The translations under genes were made by a program, and so were the position numbers. Of a stretch of 64,000 nucleotides of DNA, positions 23,907 to 35,638 are shown in pieces. Each line of letters opens with the position of its first letter. The first letter of the stretch is position 1. The DNA is from Callorhinchus milii (Eukaryota): positions 135,286,001-135,350,000 of the forward strand of contig NW_024704742.1 of assembly GCF_018977255.1 (NCBI RefSeq). Reading direction: 5' to 3'. The notes beneath the pieces are model-generated. The model was not told the origin of the DNA. It ran no database searches and saw only the letters and a list, made by a program, of their open reading frames with translations.

Positions 23907-24530
23907 GAATATGGAAATCAAGCCAGCCCTCTGTGGCGGTCTCCGTAACCCACTTCCTGAGCCAGGCAGGTCCGCAGTATTCTCGGGAGCCAGGCTGGCC
24001 TGATGACAGCCCAACAGCCCAACGTGGAGTCCTGTAGCTCAGTGGTTAGAGCACTCGCTTTGCAAGTGAGAGACCTGAGTTCAATTCCAGGCAGAGGGCG
24101 AAACCTTGGGCAAGTTTCCTTACTCCACACAGAGCCTAATAATAATCCCTCCAAAACCCAAAACAATAATAAATTGGTCATTTTCAATCTACGACTGTTT
24201 GTGGGACATTGCTGTGCGCAATTGGCTGCCGCGTTCGCCCACAAATATACAGTCAATTCACTTTACAGTGTGTTCTGTGAAGCGCTTTGGGACGTCCTCC
24301 CGACGTGAAAAGCGCTATATCAAATGCAAGGATTATTATTATATTATTATTATTAACCTGGCTCATTGACAGCACCTGGAAGGACAAACCAGTCACTGGG
24401 AGCAGAAGTCAATCCACTTAGTTGCTGTTGATCCTGCAAGCGAAAGCCCTAACGGATGGGGTGGTCCTAGCTGGACAAGCAGTGGGAAAGCTTGCCGGAC
24501 AGCAATATCAAATGACAAGGTATGCAGTTC
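23907..24530 (+). repeat. Unclassified repeat, 5' portion, interrupted by SINE A
   Basis: gaatatggaaatcaagccagccctctgtggcggtctcc...cccaac|SINE|ctggctcattg...ggtggtcctagctggacaagc. Confidence 0.75.
24024..24355 (+). mobile_element. SINE family A, short subfamily, full length (best reference copy)
   Basis: tRNA-Ala-like head (anticodon arm ctcgc-tttgcaa-gtgag), Deu-like 3' half, stem-loop acgtc-ctccc-gacgt, (att)n tail. Confidence 0.95.
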
Positions 24531-26049
24531 TTCTTTACTCCACACGCTTCCGTTTACCCAGCAGTAAGTAGGAACCCGATTTTGGGCAATTACTGGATCA
24601 CTTTCCGGGGATAATAATCCCTCCAAAAAATAAGAATTTGTTCACTCAATTCATCCGCGACTGTTTGTGATGCTGCTGTGCTTAAGTGGCTGCTGTGTTT
24701 CACCCACAAAATACACTTTTGAAGAGCTTTCAGTCTCAATGACATAAGGCTCTACAAAAAATGCAAGGATTATGATCATTATGACTATTTATTTGGGACT
24801 TGGAACGTCTTCCTGATGTGAAAGGCGCTATACAAATGTAATTTTGTTGTTGTTTAAACTCACAAGTCTAAGGTGACACTCCAATACTGTGCTGCGGATA
24901 TGCTGCGTAGTCAGAGGTGTCGTCCTTCAGAAGAGAAGTTAAACCGAGGTTCCATGCTCTCCTCCAACCTGATGTCTCTCTCTTCACTCTCAGCACTGTT
25001 ACTTCTGCATCTCAACCCTTCAAACACATCTCCCCCCACAACCCCTCCACCTCAGCCACCCCCATTTCCCTGGAGAGAAATAAAAAAAAACCTTCTGCAT
25101 TCCATGCCAAAGTCAGACCAGTCTTGAAACCAGGGGTAGTCAAGTCTACCATTGTGGACGCTCAATAATTTAAACTGAATTTGTTGTGAACTTCACGTTA
25201 GCTATTTTTGTATACAGTATATATTTGTCCTCTACATACCTTTGGTTTGGATCCAAATTCTGGTCTCGAGAGTTTAAGGGCAGTCATTTCGCCTCATGTA
25301 TCTCAAAAGGACAATATATAGGCCAGGCATTTCATGGCTCCAGAAAAAAAAAGTTCTGATGCATGATCTTACAAGGACATCCATCCAGCACTCTTATCTC
25401 AGTCCTGTGGGAGAGTGGAAGGAAGATAATGACTTCGAAGTCTCATCCCAGCTCAATATTAACACAGTCTTAATCCTATGACTGAAATCTTAAACCGAGG
25501 TCCCGTCTGCCTCTTCAGATGGATATTAAAGATCCCCTGGCACTATTCGAAAAGACAATTAAGTTTCTCCTGGTATCCTGGCCAATAATCCCCCAAATAA
25601 AATTGGTCACTCAATCCACGGCTGTCTGTGGATCATTGCTGTGTGCAACAGGTTGCCACATTTTGCCCACAAAATATACAGACAATCCTCTGTACAGTTT
25701 TACCCACAAAACGCACAGTCACTACACTTTACAGTGAATTCTGAGAAGCGTTTTGAGACATCTCAATGATGTGATAAGCCGCTATATCAAATAAGAGGAT
25801 TATTATATCCTATGAAGACTATGAGACGTCTCAATGACAACATGTCGCTATATCAAATGCAAAGCACGCTATCACTCGTGTCTCTGAGTTAGAAGGTGAA
25901 GGTTCAAGCTCCATGTTGGGTCTTGGAAACTCACAAAGCCTAACTACTACGCTATGTGACTCAAAAAAAGGCAGCAGCTCTCTAAGGGAGAGCAATGTGA
26001 AGCGAGGAAAACAATTGGAACAAGACTCCCAGCAAAGTCTCCTTGAACC

Positions 26050-26250
26050 ATTATCCCTTCCTTACTCCCTTCGCCTCGCCCCTTCTCTTCCCACTTTCAG
26101 GTCTCGGCTGAAGACCTTTCTTTTCCACTGCGACCTTGGTCACCTTCCTCCCCCTCCCCCTGGCTCAGCCCCGGGATCCGTTACTGTGAAGCGCTCTGAG
26201 ACGCCGTCCGGCGTGAAGGGTACTATATAAATCCAAGTTGTTGTTGTTGG
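26050..26250 (+). mobile_element. L2 LINE 3' end
   Basis: SLPYSLRLAPSLPTFRSRLKTFLF; tail acgccgtccggcgt...tatataaatccaag(ttg)n. Confidence 0.85.
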
Positions 26251-26721
26251 CCTCACTTCTCTGTAGAAGGAGCGAGCTCCAAAGTTTTGATCAATGGGAC
26301 GTTAATCTAATATCCAGCTGAATGGGCAAATGAGACCTCAGCTTAATGTCTCTCCTGAAGTACAGTATTCTTAGATGCTACCCCTCATGAAGGGTGCTAT
26401 ACAAGAACATGGGAATTGCTAGACAAAAAAAGACGGTGGTCATTCTAGCTGACCTTCTCCCATCCTAGTAAATGTCTCCTACAATGATGATGATGATATT
26501 GAGATGATATAAATGCAAGTTGTTGTTGACGGCATCTCTGCCAATGCAGCGTTCCTCCATCACTAGATCGGATTGTCTCAGCATCCGTAAGCAAAGCCGT
26601 AACGGCTCCCTATGACAATGATCTGTCACAAAAGTCCTCGGTTTTAACGCCTCATTCAAAGGACGGCATCTCTGACAATACAGCTCCCCCTCAACACCCC
26701 AGCCGAAACAACAACAACAAC

Positions 26722-26880
26722 TTAAGAACATAAGAATTAGGAACAGAAGTAGGCCATTCAGCCCCTCGAACCTGCCCCACCATTCGATAAGATCATGGCT
26801 GGTCTCCAGACCTAACTCTAATTACCTGCCCTATCCCCATATCCCCTAATCCCCTAATCCCTCTCTTTTTAAAAAAATCT
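26722..26880 (-). mobile_element. CR1 3' end
   Basis: taagaacataagaattagg...ggccattcagcccctcga. Confidence 0.8.
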
Positions 26881-28267
26881 TACATTTGTACAGCCCGTTT
26901 TGCATCGGGAGGACATTCCAAGGTGCTTGAAAGTCAAGGATTTAGACCCAAGCTGGGGGTTGGGACTTAGAGTGGTGGAGGGCGGGGAGGGTGGGTTAGG
27001 TGGGTGAACTATGAGCTCAAACTCCCGATGTGGGGCTCGAACCTATCACCTTCTGGTTCGGAGGTGAGAGTGCGACTGACTGAGCCAGTCTGAAACCCTG
27101 ATATGGGTCTCGAACTCATAACCTTTTGACCCAGAGTTAAGTGTGCAACGAACCTAGCCAAGCTAACATCTGCTGCACAAGTCTGTCGATCTATTCTTTG
27201 TGTGTTTGGCTGTGTGGTTGGGTCTCTCTCCTTTTGGAAACAACACAGGAGCAGCATTTTAACAGCTATTTACCTTCCCCCTCTGCCTATATTTGCTATC
27301 CAGCTGAAAATTCCCTTAAAATGCATGCCGACCTCATCTGAAGACTTTCCTCTTCGACCGTGTTTATTGTCACATCCCTTTTCTCCCTGGCTCGCCGTCA
27401 AACAACAACAACTTGCATGTCTATCGCTCTCCCTCATGCCAGATAGCGACCCAGAGCCCTTGACAGCAGTGGAGTACGATTGAGTCACTCCACCCACGAC
27501 TGTTTTAGGGACACTGCCGTGCGCAATTGGCTGCCGCGTTTCGCCCGCAAAATACAGAACACAATCCGCTTTACAATATATCCTGGGAAGCGCTTTGAGA
27601 CGTCTCAACCACACGATCAGGCGCAATATCAAATGCAATGAATATTATAGATATAATTAACATATCCAAGAGAGTCCATTACTGGGCACGGAGCAAGGCG
27701 AGCGCTTACAATTAAGAGGTTAAAAGTTTGAGGTGAGAAAAGTGAAGCTGTCAGCTGGTTAGGGCCAGAATCCTGAATTAGTGAATCACTCTTTGGGCAA
27801 TGCGCTGGGTAATCAATTTGACAAGTGGGTGTTGATGTAAACACTGAGAGCTTGTGGCACATCGCTGGAACAGATCTCCTCATGGCTTCCTTCAAAAAAG
27901 CATCCTCCGGAGGCTGAGTGAACCTCTCACACTGCCTATCAAACACAGTCGCTGTGCACTGAAGGAGAAAAGGTACAAATTCATTAAAACAATGCAGTGA
28001 CCTGTGAGTCTGACATTCCTCTCGTACCAAGGAGAGACTCGGAAAAAAAATCTGACAGAACGATTTGCTCGCAGACACTTTTGGAATTGACACACGAGTA
28101 TTAGTATCTTAACAACCATTTACCTCTCTCCCACTCCCACCCCCAACCCCCCCCACCACACTGACTGCTCACACCCCTCCTCTAACCTTCTCCCACCACC
28201 CCCACCGCTCCCCCCACCCGCCCACAAACAACTGGTGAAGATGATTCGTTATAAGAAAGGTTTATCA

Positions 28268-28835
28268 ATAAATAATAATAATCCTTGCATTTGATATAGT
28301 CCCTTGTCACATCCTTGAGACGTTTCAAAGCGCTTCATAGGATACACTGTAAAGTGCATTGACTGTATATTTTAGGGCAAAATGTGGCAGCAAATTATGT
28401 ACAGCAGTCTCCCACAAACAGTGGATCGAGTGACCAAATTATTATTATTATCATTTTATTTTTGAGGGGTTATTACCCCTGGAAAGTGATAGCCCAATCG
28501 ACTAACATCTAGGTTGCTACTTACTGCTAGGTGAACAGAGGCATGTGGAGTAAGAACATAAGAACATAAGAATTAGGAGCAGGAGTAGGCCATTCGGCCC
28601 CTCGAGCCTGCGCCGCCATTCGATAAGATCATGGCTGATCTTCAGATCTAACTCCAATTACCTGTCCTATCCCCAGATCCCCTAATCCCTCTATTTTTAA
28701 AAAAAATCTATCAGTCTCAGCCTTGAAGATGTTCAAGCACTGAGCATCTACAGCCTTTTGGGTAGTGACCTCCATAAATTCACTACCCTCTGAGTGAAGA
28801 AAGGTAAGGAAACTCACCTAAGGTTACGCCCTGCT
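28268..28835 (-). mobile_element. SINE family A interrupted by a CR1 3' fragment
   Basis: ...gcatgtggagtaag|CR1|gtaaggaaactcacctaagg. Confidence 0.8.
28551..28803 (-). mobile_element. CR1 3' fragment nested in a SINE
   Basis: (taagaaca)n tail and ggccattcggcccctcgagcctg; minus ORF ...VDAQCLNIFKAETDRF. Confidence 0.88.
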
Positions 28836-29214
28836 TGGCCCAGTTTGGACTGAAAAAAATCATCTGTAATAAACACAACAACAAATATCAGGATAGATGG
28901 AATAGGTTATGCCTGTTTTCGCTTGAGAAGAGATGTTTAAAGAAGACCTAATAGAAGTTTTAAATATTATAAATGGGTTTGATCAGGTTAACACAAATGA
29001 TGTTTCCGCTAGTTGGGGCGTCTGCAACCATAGAGTCCTTCATCTGGGTAGTGCCCCCTGAACTCCTACCATAACGACCTATCCTCCTCGGTCAATCTCC
29101 TCCACAACTCCCTCTCTGCCATCCTTGAGAGGGGACTGACAAGATTCCTCTTTAAAAAAGCCAGCACAGACATGATGGGCTGAATGGCTTTCCTCTGTGC
29201 TATAACTTTCTATG

Positions 29215-29560
29215 CCCTGTAGCGTAGTGGTTAGAGCGCTCGCCTCGTAAGCGAAAGGACCCGGGTTCGATTCCTGGGAGGGGCAAAATCTTAGGCAAGT
29301 TTCCTTACTCTGCACGTCTCTGAACCCAGTTGTTAATCGATTGGCGGATTGTTTTCTGGGATGTAACAATCCCTTCAAAAAAAAATTGGGTCACTCAATC
29401 CACGACTGTTTGTGGGACACTGCTGTGCACAATTAATTGGCTGTTGGGTTTCACCCACGAAATATACAGTCAATTCACTTCCTACGGTATCCTGTGAAGC
29501 GCTTTGAGACGTCTCAATAACATGATAAGATGCTATATCAAATGCAAGGATTATTATTGT
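29215..29560 (+). mobile_element. SINE family A, long subfamily
   Basis: ccctgtagcgtagtggttagagcgctcgcctcg...ggttcgattcc; tail. Confidence 0.88.
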
Positions 29561-29599
29561 TATGTTTCTGTGGTTCTGCGTTGCAATGTGTAAGGCTGT

Positions 29600-30090
29600 T
29601 ACCAACCAGCAGCTCAGCGAGGTGGAGTACGGTGGGGGAACGATGCGGGGAGATTCTCAGGTAGAAATTCCAGTCAACGGTAATTTCACATGATGTTAAG
29701 TAAACTGACAATGGCAATATAATCCCCTCTCCTTCATTAGCTCTTGTATCCGATCAAAAATAATGAATCAGTTTACTAACAATTCCAACCTTTGTATGAA
29801 CTTATCTCTTCCAGTATAATTCGCCATGGCAGAGGCTCCCAATAATGAAATGGTATTAGCTTGCTGATTAGTTTTCGCTGTGTGAGACAACTTAATTGAA
29901 TAGTTTGACTCATAATTACATTGCAAATTAATAACATGATCCTGTATTATGTGTGTTGCTGATAGCTTGTACAATGAATTGCTGCTTACCTCAGCTTCAC
30001 TGTGAGACGCTGACAAGAGTCAGGCGTTGAACAGCTAACTTTATTTTAAGCAGTGAATGTCCTACAGAAGATTGAATCACTTTTAATAAT
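29600..30090. promoter_or_regulatory. Candidate conserved non-coding element
   Basis: No recognisable repeat; dense homeodomain-like motifs (taatt, tgattag, cataattac, ttgcaaattaat). Inference. Confidence 0.35.
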
Positions 30091-30103
30091 AGTAATACTT
30101 TTG

Positions 30104-30657
30104 AGTGTGTGTGTGTGTGTGTTTGTATTTGTGTGTCTGTCTGTGTGAGTGTGTGTGTCTACATGTATGTATGTGTGTGTGTTGTGAGTGTTTGTATCAA
30201 TATGTGTGTCTATGTGTGTGTGGATGTATGTGTGACCGTTTTCAGGTCGCGCCTGAAGCCCTTCCTCTTCGATCGTGCCTACAGTCACCTCCCCTCTCCC
30301 CCCGGCTCTGTCACTATCAAACGCTCTGGGACTCTACCCTGCGTGAGGGGCGCTGTAAAATACAAGTTGTTGTGTGTGTATCTGTGTGTATGGTGTGTGC
30401 GTGTGAATCTGCATGTGTGGTGTGTGTGAGTCTGTTTGTGTGGTGTGTGTGTCTCTGTGTGTGTATATCTGTGTGTGCATCTGTGTGTATCTGCGTGTGT
30501 GGTGTGTGTGCGTCTGCATGTGTGGTGTGTGTATCTGTGTGTGATGTGTGAATCTGTGTGTGTATCTCTGAGTGTGTGTGTGTATCTGTGTGTGTGTGTG
30601 TGTGGTGCGTGTGTATCTGTGTTTGTAGATGGTGTGTATATCTCTGTGTGTGTGTAG
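30104..30657. repeat. Degenerate (TG)n low-complexity tract split by an L2 3' end (30240-30372, +)
   Basis: Directly visible TG repeats; the L2 piece translates FRSRLKPFLFDRAY. Confidence 0.9.
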
Positions 30658-30939
30658 TGTATTCTCTTTCTCAAATAGCTTGCAGGATCTTTAACAGACA
30701 CTGAGCAGGCAGAAAGGACCTCAGTTTAACGTCTCATCCGAAGCACGGCACCTCCATCAATGCAGCGCGCATACCCAGCCCTACGCTGGAGCATCAGCCT
30801 GGACTGCGTGTTCAAAGTCCCCAACATTGGGGGGGAGGATGGGGAGGGCGGGGAAGGCGGGGGGGGGAGGAAGAGAGACAACCTTTCTCTCCCAGAGGCG
30901 AGAACACTTTCGACCAAGGCAGGGCTGACACCTTGCCCA

Positions 30940-31290
30940 CTTTGATTAGAATATCTGGCCTTAAAGCCCACAATTAGTTTAACAAAGATCTTGAAATTGT
31001 TCAATTAGTTTCATTAAGACCCACGTGGCAGGATAATGAAGTAAAACAAATGATTTTAAAGTGGCTCTCTAATTAGCCGAACGTGATTGATATATCCTCG
31101 CACCGGTTTATTTGATCTCGCAGCAAAACGTGGGGTCCTTGTTGAGGGGAGTTTTAATTGATGCCCAAAGTGGTATTAGCTGATGTTTGAAAATAATTGC
31201 TCCGAAATTATTCAGGCATTCGCACGATCATAACAATTGTAAGTCCAAGCGGTAGCTGACGGATTTGGACGTGAATGAATTAATAATACG
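30940..31290. promoter_or_regulatory. Candidate conserved non-coding element
   Basis: caattag twice, ctaattag palindrome, tgattgat (Pbx-like), ttaattg; no recognisable repeat. Inference. Confidence 0.35.
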
Positions 31291-31442
31291 GGGGCGGGCG
31301 ATGGGAGGGGGGGGGGACTGGGAGGGGAGGGAGGGGGGGAGAGTAAGAAAAATATCATTGGGAAAATGTAATTCTCTGTTTGCCTCAGAGGATGTCGAAG
31401 TAATTGCAGGCTATAATAATCTTATTACACTGTTATTCCAAC

Positions 31443-31815
31443 ATGGCTCAGTCGGTTGCTCCCTCGCCTCTCCGAGTCAAAAAATTGTGGGTTCGATACC
31501 ACCGACACCCACCCCCCACCCCTCAAATTGGGATTGAGGCTTGCCGTGTGCGGGCTGATGTTTCAGTGCTGGTGGGGGGTGGGGGAGGGGGGGCTGGTTT
31601 CAGTGCTGCATTGTCAAAGGTGCCGGTCCTTCGAATGAGACGTTAAACCAAAGGTCCCTTCTATGCTCAGTTCAGGTGGACGTTAAAGACCCCATGATAA
31701 AGGAGAAGGGAGTTTCGCTCTCCCCGGTGTCCTGGGTAGTATCGATCGTTCACTTCACGGTTGCTTATGCCGACATTTCTGTGTACAAACTGACTGCCAA
31801 CCAATACACAGTGAT
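31443..31815 (+). mobile_element. DeuSINE family B
   Basis: tggctcagtcggt...ctcgcctctccgagtcaaaaaattgtgggttcga head; gagacgttaaacc...caggtggacgttaaagaccc core. Confidence 0.75.
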
Positions 31816-33459
31816 TCCACCTCGCATTGCCACATCTCGATGTTCCTCCCACCTCCAGCCACCACTCCCAGCTCGGGTGTAAACCCTGGACTGTCCAGCG
31901 CCGTGGCATGTCCTCCCGACATGAAGGACCCTATAGAAATGTAAAATTATATTGTACTGTAACACTTGTTGTGCGTGACCTGACCCATTCTGTGTAACCA
32001 TCGGTGGCCATGCCTTCAACCACTACCGCTCCTAATCTCAGGAGCTGCCTGCATCTATAGCCTTACGCCTCACTCCCTCTTTGTTTATTTAATATTAATG
32101 AAAAATAATTTAAAAGAACCAGTGCAGACACAATGGCCTGAATGGATTATTAATAATAATAATAATAATTAATCCTTGCATTTGACATAGCCCCTTATCA
32201 CATCATTGAGACAACAACAAATTGCACTTATATAGCACCCTCACGTCGGAAAGATGTCCCAGCGCATTGGATAATCAGGGGTTCTGTGCGAGACATATCA
32301 GAGGATTTCAGAGAATATGCTGTGAAGGGAATTGACTGTATAGTTTGTGGGCGAAATGCGCAGCCAATTGCGCACAGCAGCGTCCCACAAACAGTCGTGG
32401 ATTGAGTGACTACATTTTATTATTTTTTGAACAAATTATTAACCCCGAAAAGTGATGCACCAATCGACTAACTTACTGCCAGGTAAATAGAGGCACGTGG
32501 AGTAAGGAAACATAAAATTTTGCATTGCCCGGGAATCGAACCCGGGTCCTCTCGCTTGCGAGATACATGCTCTAACCAATGCGTTACATTTATCTTTAAA
32601 TCCCACTTTAAGACCTACCTCTTTGACCATGTCCATCTCCCTATCCTCCTCCTTCTCCCTTGCTTGGCGTCCAATTCCGCCAATGCCCAACTCTCCGAGA
32701 CACTATCTTGTTTGAGGCACTGTGTAAACCTAAATTGTTATCATTGTTTTGTGTTCTGGTGGTTCCCATTGGGTTATTTGTGTGTGTGATAATAACAATC
32801 ATAATATCATAATAATCCTTGCCTTTGATATAGCGCCTTATCAAGTCTTCAAGACGTCCAAAGCGCTTCACAGTATATACTGTAAAGTGAATTGACCGAA
32901 TATTTTGTGGGCGAAACATGGCAACCAATTGCGTGGATTGAGTGACCAAATTAATATTTTTTTTAAGCGATTATTCCACTGGAAAAAGTGATCCGCCAAT
33001 CGATTTGTGTGTGTGATGAATTTGGTGGAGAGGGGATGTGGGGAGAGAGGCTGGAGGTTTGCATCCATAGCTGTGAGACACATTTGTGGCAATCAGACAT
33101 GTTGTCTTCACTGAATGGTATTTAGTTTTGCTTGTTACTATGGAAATGGTCTCATTTCCACCCACCTCTTGTTTTCATCGCTTACCAGAAAAAAAAATGG
33201 CCTCCTGCCAGTTCACTGAAGGATTATTCAAGAGTCTTTTTTTTTGGACGGGAGCCAAACGGTGAGAAGGAAGAAGACAGCTGTGAAACTGTAAACTTCA
33301 AAGGGCACGAATTGGAAGAAAATTAAGATGATTGAGGACGCGCAGTGCCATTCTGACTCACAAAGAAGGGGTGGGGGGGGGGGGAAGAAATGAGTGCTGG
33401 AGCAATCAAAAGCCAAGAGCAAGAAATAGCTGCGACTCTAGAGAGCTAGAAGTCTTGCC

Positions 33460-33822
33460 GTCCTGTAGGGTAGTGGCTAGAGCGCTCGCCTCGCAAGTGA
33501 GTGGACCCTGGTTCGATTCGCACGGCCAGGCAACCTTGGGCAACTTTCCTTTCCTTAGTCCGTAAGCCTCTGTTTACCTAGCAGTAAGTAGGAGCCCGGT
33601 TGTTAGTTGATTGGCGGATTGCTTTCCAGAGGTAATAATCCCTCCAAGAAAGAAAAATGTCGTTATTCAATCCACGACTGTTTGTGGGACCCTGCCGCGT
33701 GCGATTGGCTGCTGTGTTTTGCCCTCAAAATACACAGTCAATCCACTTCACAGTATAACCTGTGAAGCGCTTTGAAACGTATCAACGACATGATAAGGCG
33801 CTGTATCAAATGCAAGGATTAC
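33460..33822 (+). mobile_element. SINE family A, long subfamily
   Basis: Head, gcctctgtttacctagcagtaagtagg segment, tail. Confidence 0.88.
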
Positions 33823-34881
33823 ATTGTTATAATATCTTTACCCAGAGGATAAATAATGGTAAAATGGCTATATATTTTGTCAGCGATTTTGCCTAAGACC
33901 CTGAACAGTTAAAAAATAACATTAAGGGACGTGCTGAGAGAGATGGAGATTCTGATTAATATTAGAAAAAAGGCTATTGAAAGGAACAGTAGCAGTGACA
34001 TCCACATGATGGGGTGAGCAGCCTCCTCCGGTGCTGTGAACATAAGGACTGTTGTTTCTATAATTGTAAGTAATATAACGAATACCTGGGAGTGATTGCA
34101 AGTGAAATAATCCAACCAAAAGAGATCATCTGGTTTACATAGAGAGCAATAGACACCAGGGAATGATTGCATGGCTGCAATTTCATTGATGGATTCAGAT
34201 AACACCAAATATAGGCTCCAAATGCCTTGCAGCCAAAATTTCACCCAGTCTTAGACCATCATTCGTCTTAAAATTTAACATCAAGCAGAATTGTGCAAAT
34301 TCCTCTCCTCTATCAGCCCTCACATTGAATTCAGCACCTTTCACATCAAGAGGAGGTCTGAAAGCTCTTCACGGGATTTAGTGGAAAGTGCATTGACTGT
34401 GTATTTTGCAGGCGAACACAGCAGTCAATTCGCACACAGCAATGTCCCCACAAACAGGCATGGAGTGAGTGATCAATTTTATTTTGAGGAATTGTTGGCC
34501 AGGACACTAGGAGAAATTCGCTTCTCTCTTTGAATAGAGCCGCGGGATCTTTAACTTCTATCAGAACAGGCAGATGATTTACTGGTTCATCCGAACAATG
34601 GCACTTCTGAGAATGAAGAGAAGGGAGTTCCTTCAAGTGTTTGAGGGAACACATAAAGTTGGGCCTCACAGTTATATGTGCATATTGGCTGAAGTATTTG
34701 CCTACAAATACACAGTCACTACACTACACTAGTTGACACTAATTACTGTGAAGAGTTTTGAGGTATTTTGACATGATAAACTGCTGTAAAAATATCATCA
34801 TTCCTTCCGTCTTTCTTCCTTCCTTCCTTTTTCATTCCTTCCTCCATTCTCCATCATTCAAACACCCTGTATGACATTCTT

Positions 34882-35638
34882 AGGCACTGACAGCATCACC
34901 ATCCAAGGATGCACATTGCGCCTCACCGAGCCAGTCCGGAACCTTGGCATCTTGTTTGACCCTCAACTGTCTTTTCTACACCACATCCGTGCCATGTCGC
35001 GCTCTGCCTTCCCCCACCTTTGAAACATCGCCTGCCAGTGTCTCACACCACAGGCTGCTGAGACTCTCATACATGCATTCATAACGTCCAGGCTCGACTC
35101 TGCAAACTTCCTGCTTGTGGGCCTGCCCAACTCTTTCCTCCATAGGCTGCAGATCATCCAGAACTCTGCAGCCTGTGACCTCTCCCGCATCATGACCCTA
35201 TCACCCCCATCCTCGCCCGAACCACCGGCTTCCCATCACACAGAGGATACAGTTCAAGATCCTGGTCCTCACCTTCAAAGCCCTCCATGGCCTTGCTCCC
35301 CTCTACCTCTGCGATCTCCTAACCCCCCTACCAACCTACCCGCTCCATCTGCTCAGTGGGCTCCGGCCTGCTTCACGTCCCCCATCTCGTCCACCCCACC
35401 ATTGGTGGGCCTTCTGCCACTCTGTCCCCACCCTCTCAAACTCCATCCCACTGTCCCTCCACCTTGCCCCCTTGCCTCCTTCAAGACCCTGCTTTTCAAT
35501 GGTGCGTTTGATCACCCTGCTTCCACCCCTACCCTCTACCCTCCCTAATTCCTCCCGGATCCGAAACACTGACACTCCAGCACCTTTGGGACGACCTCCT
35601 GATGTGAAAAGCGCTGTACAAATATAATTTTGTTGTTT
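34882..35638 (+). mobile_element. L2 LINE 3' fragment
   Basis: VRNLGILFD motif; GLPNSFLHRLQIIQNSAA; tail gacgacctcctgatgtgaaaagcgc...(ttg)n. Confidence 0.85.

Noticed and set aside
24026..24100. tRNA-Ala gene calls at the SINE heads
   Set aside because: Each head runs straight into a SINE body and tail, there is no Pol III terminator after the cloverleaf, and dozens of diverged copies exist. These are SINE heads, not tRNA genes.
24003..24369. Recurring ORFs such as MGKFPYST...KRYIKCKDYYYY and ESCSSVVRALA
   Set aside because: Translations of SINE A copies, not a protein family
23995..24450. Hammerhead ribozyme core (ctgatga ... gaaa) in the unclassified repeat
   Set aside because: The motifs are far apart, no stems are evident, and ctgatga is not kept in the other copies
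33909..34244. 111-aa hydrophobic minus-strand ORF
   Set aside because: Non-ATG start, no recognisable family, no convincing splice signals. More likely non-coding.
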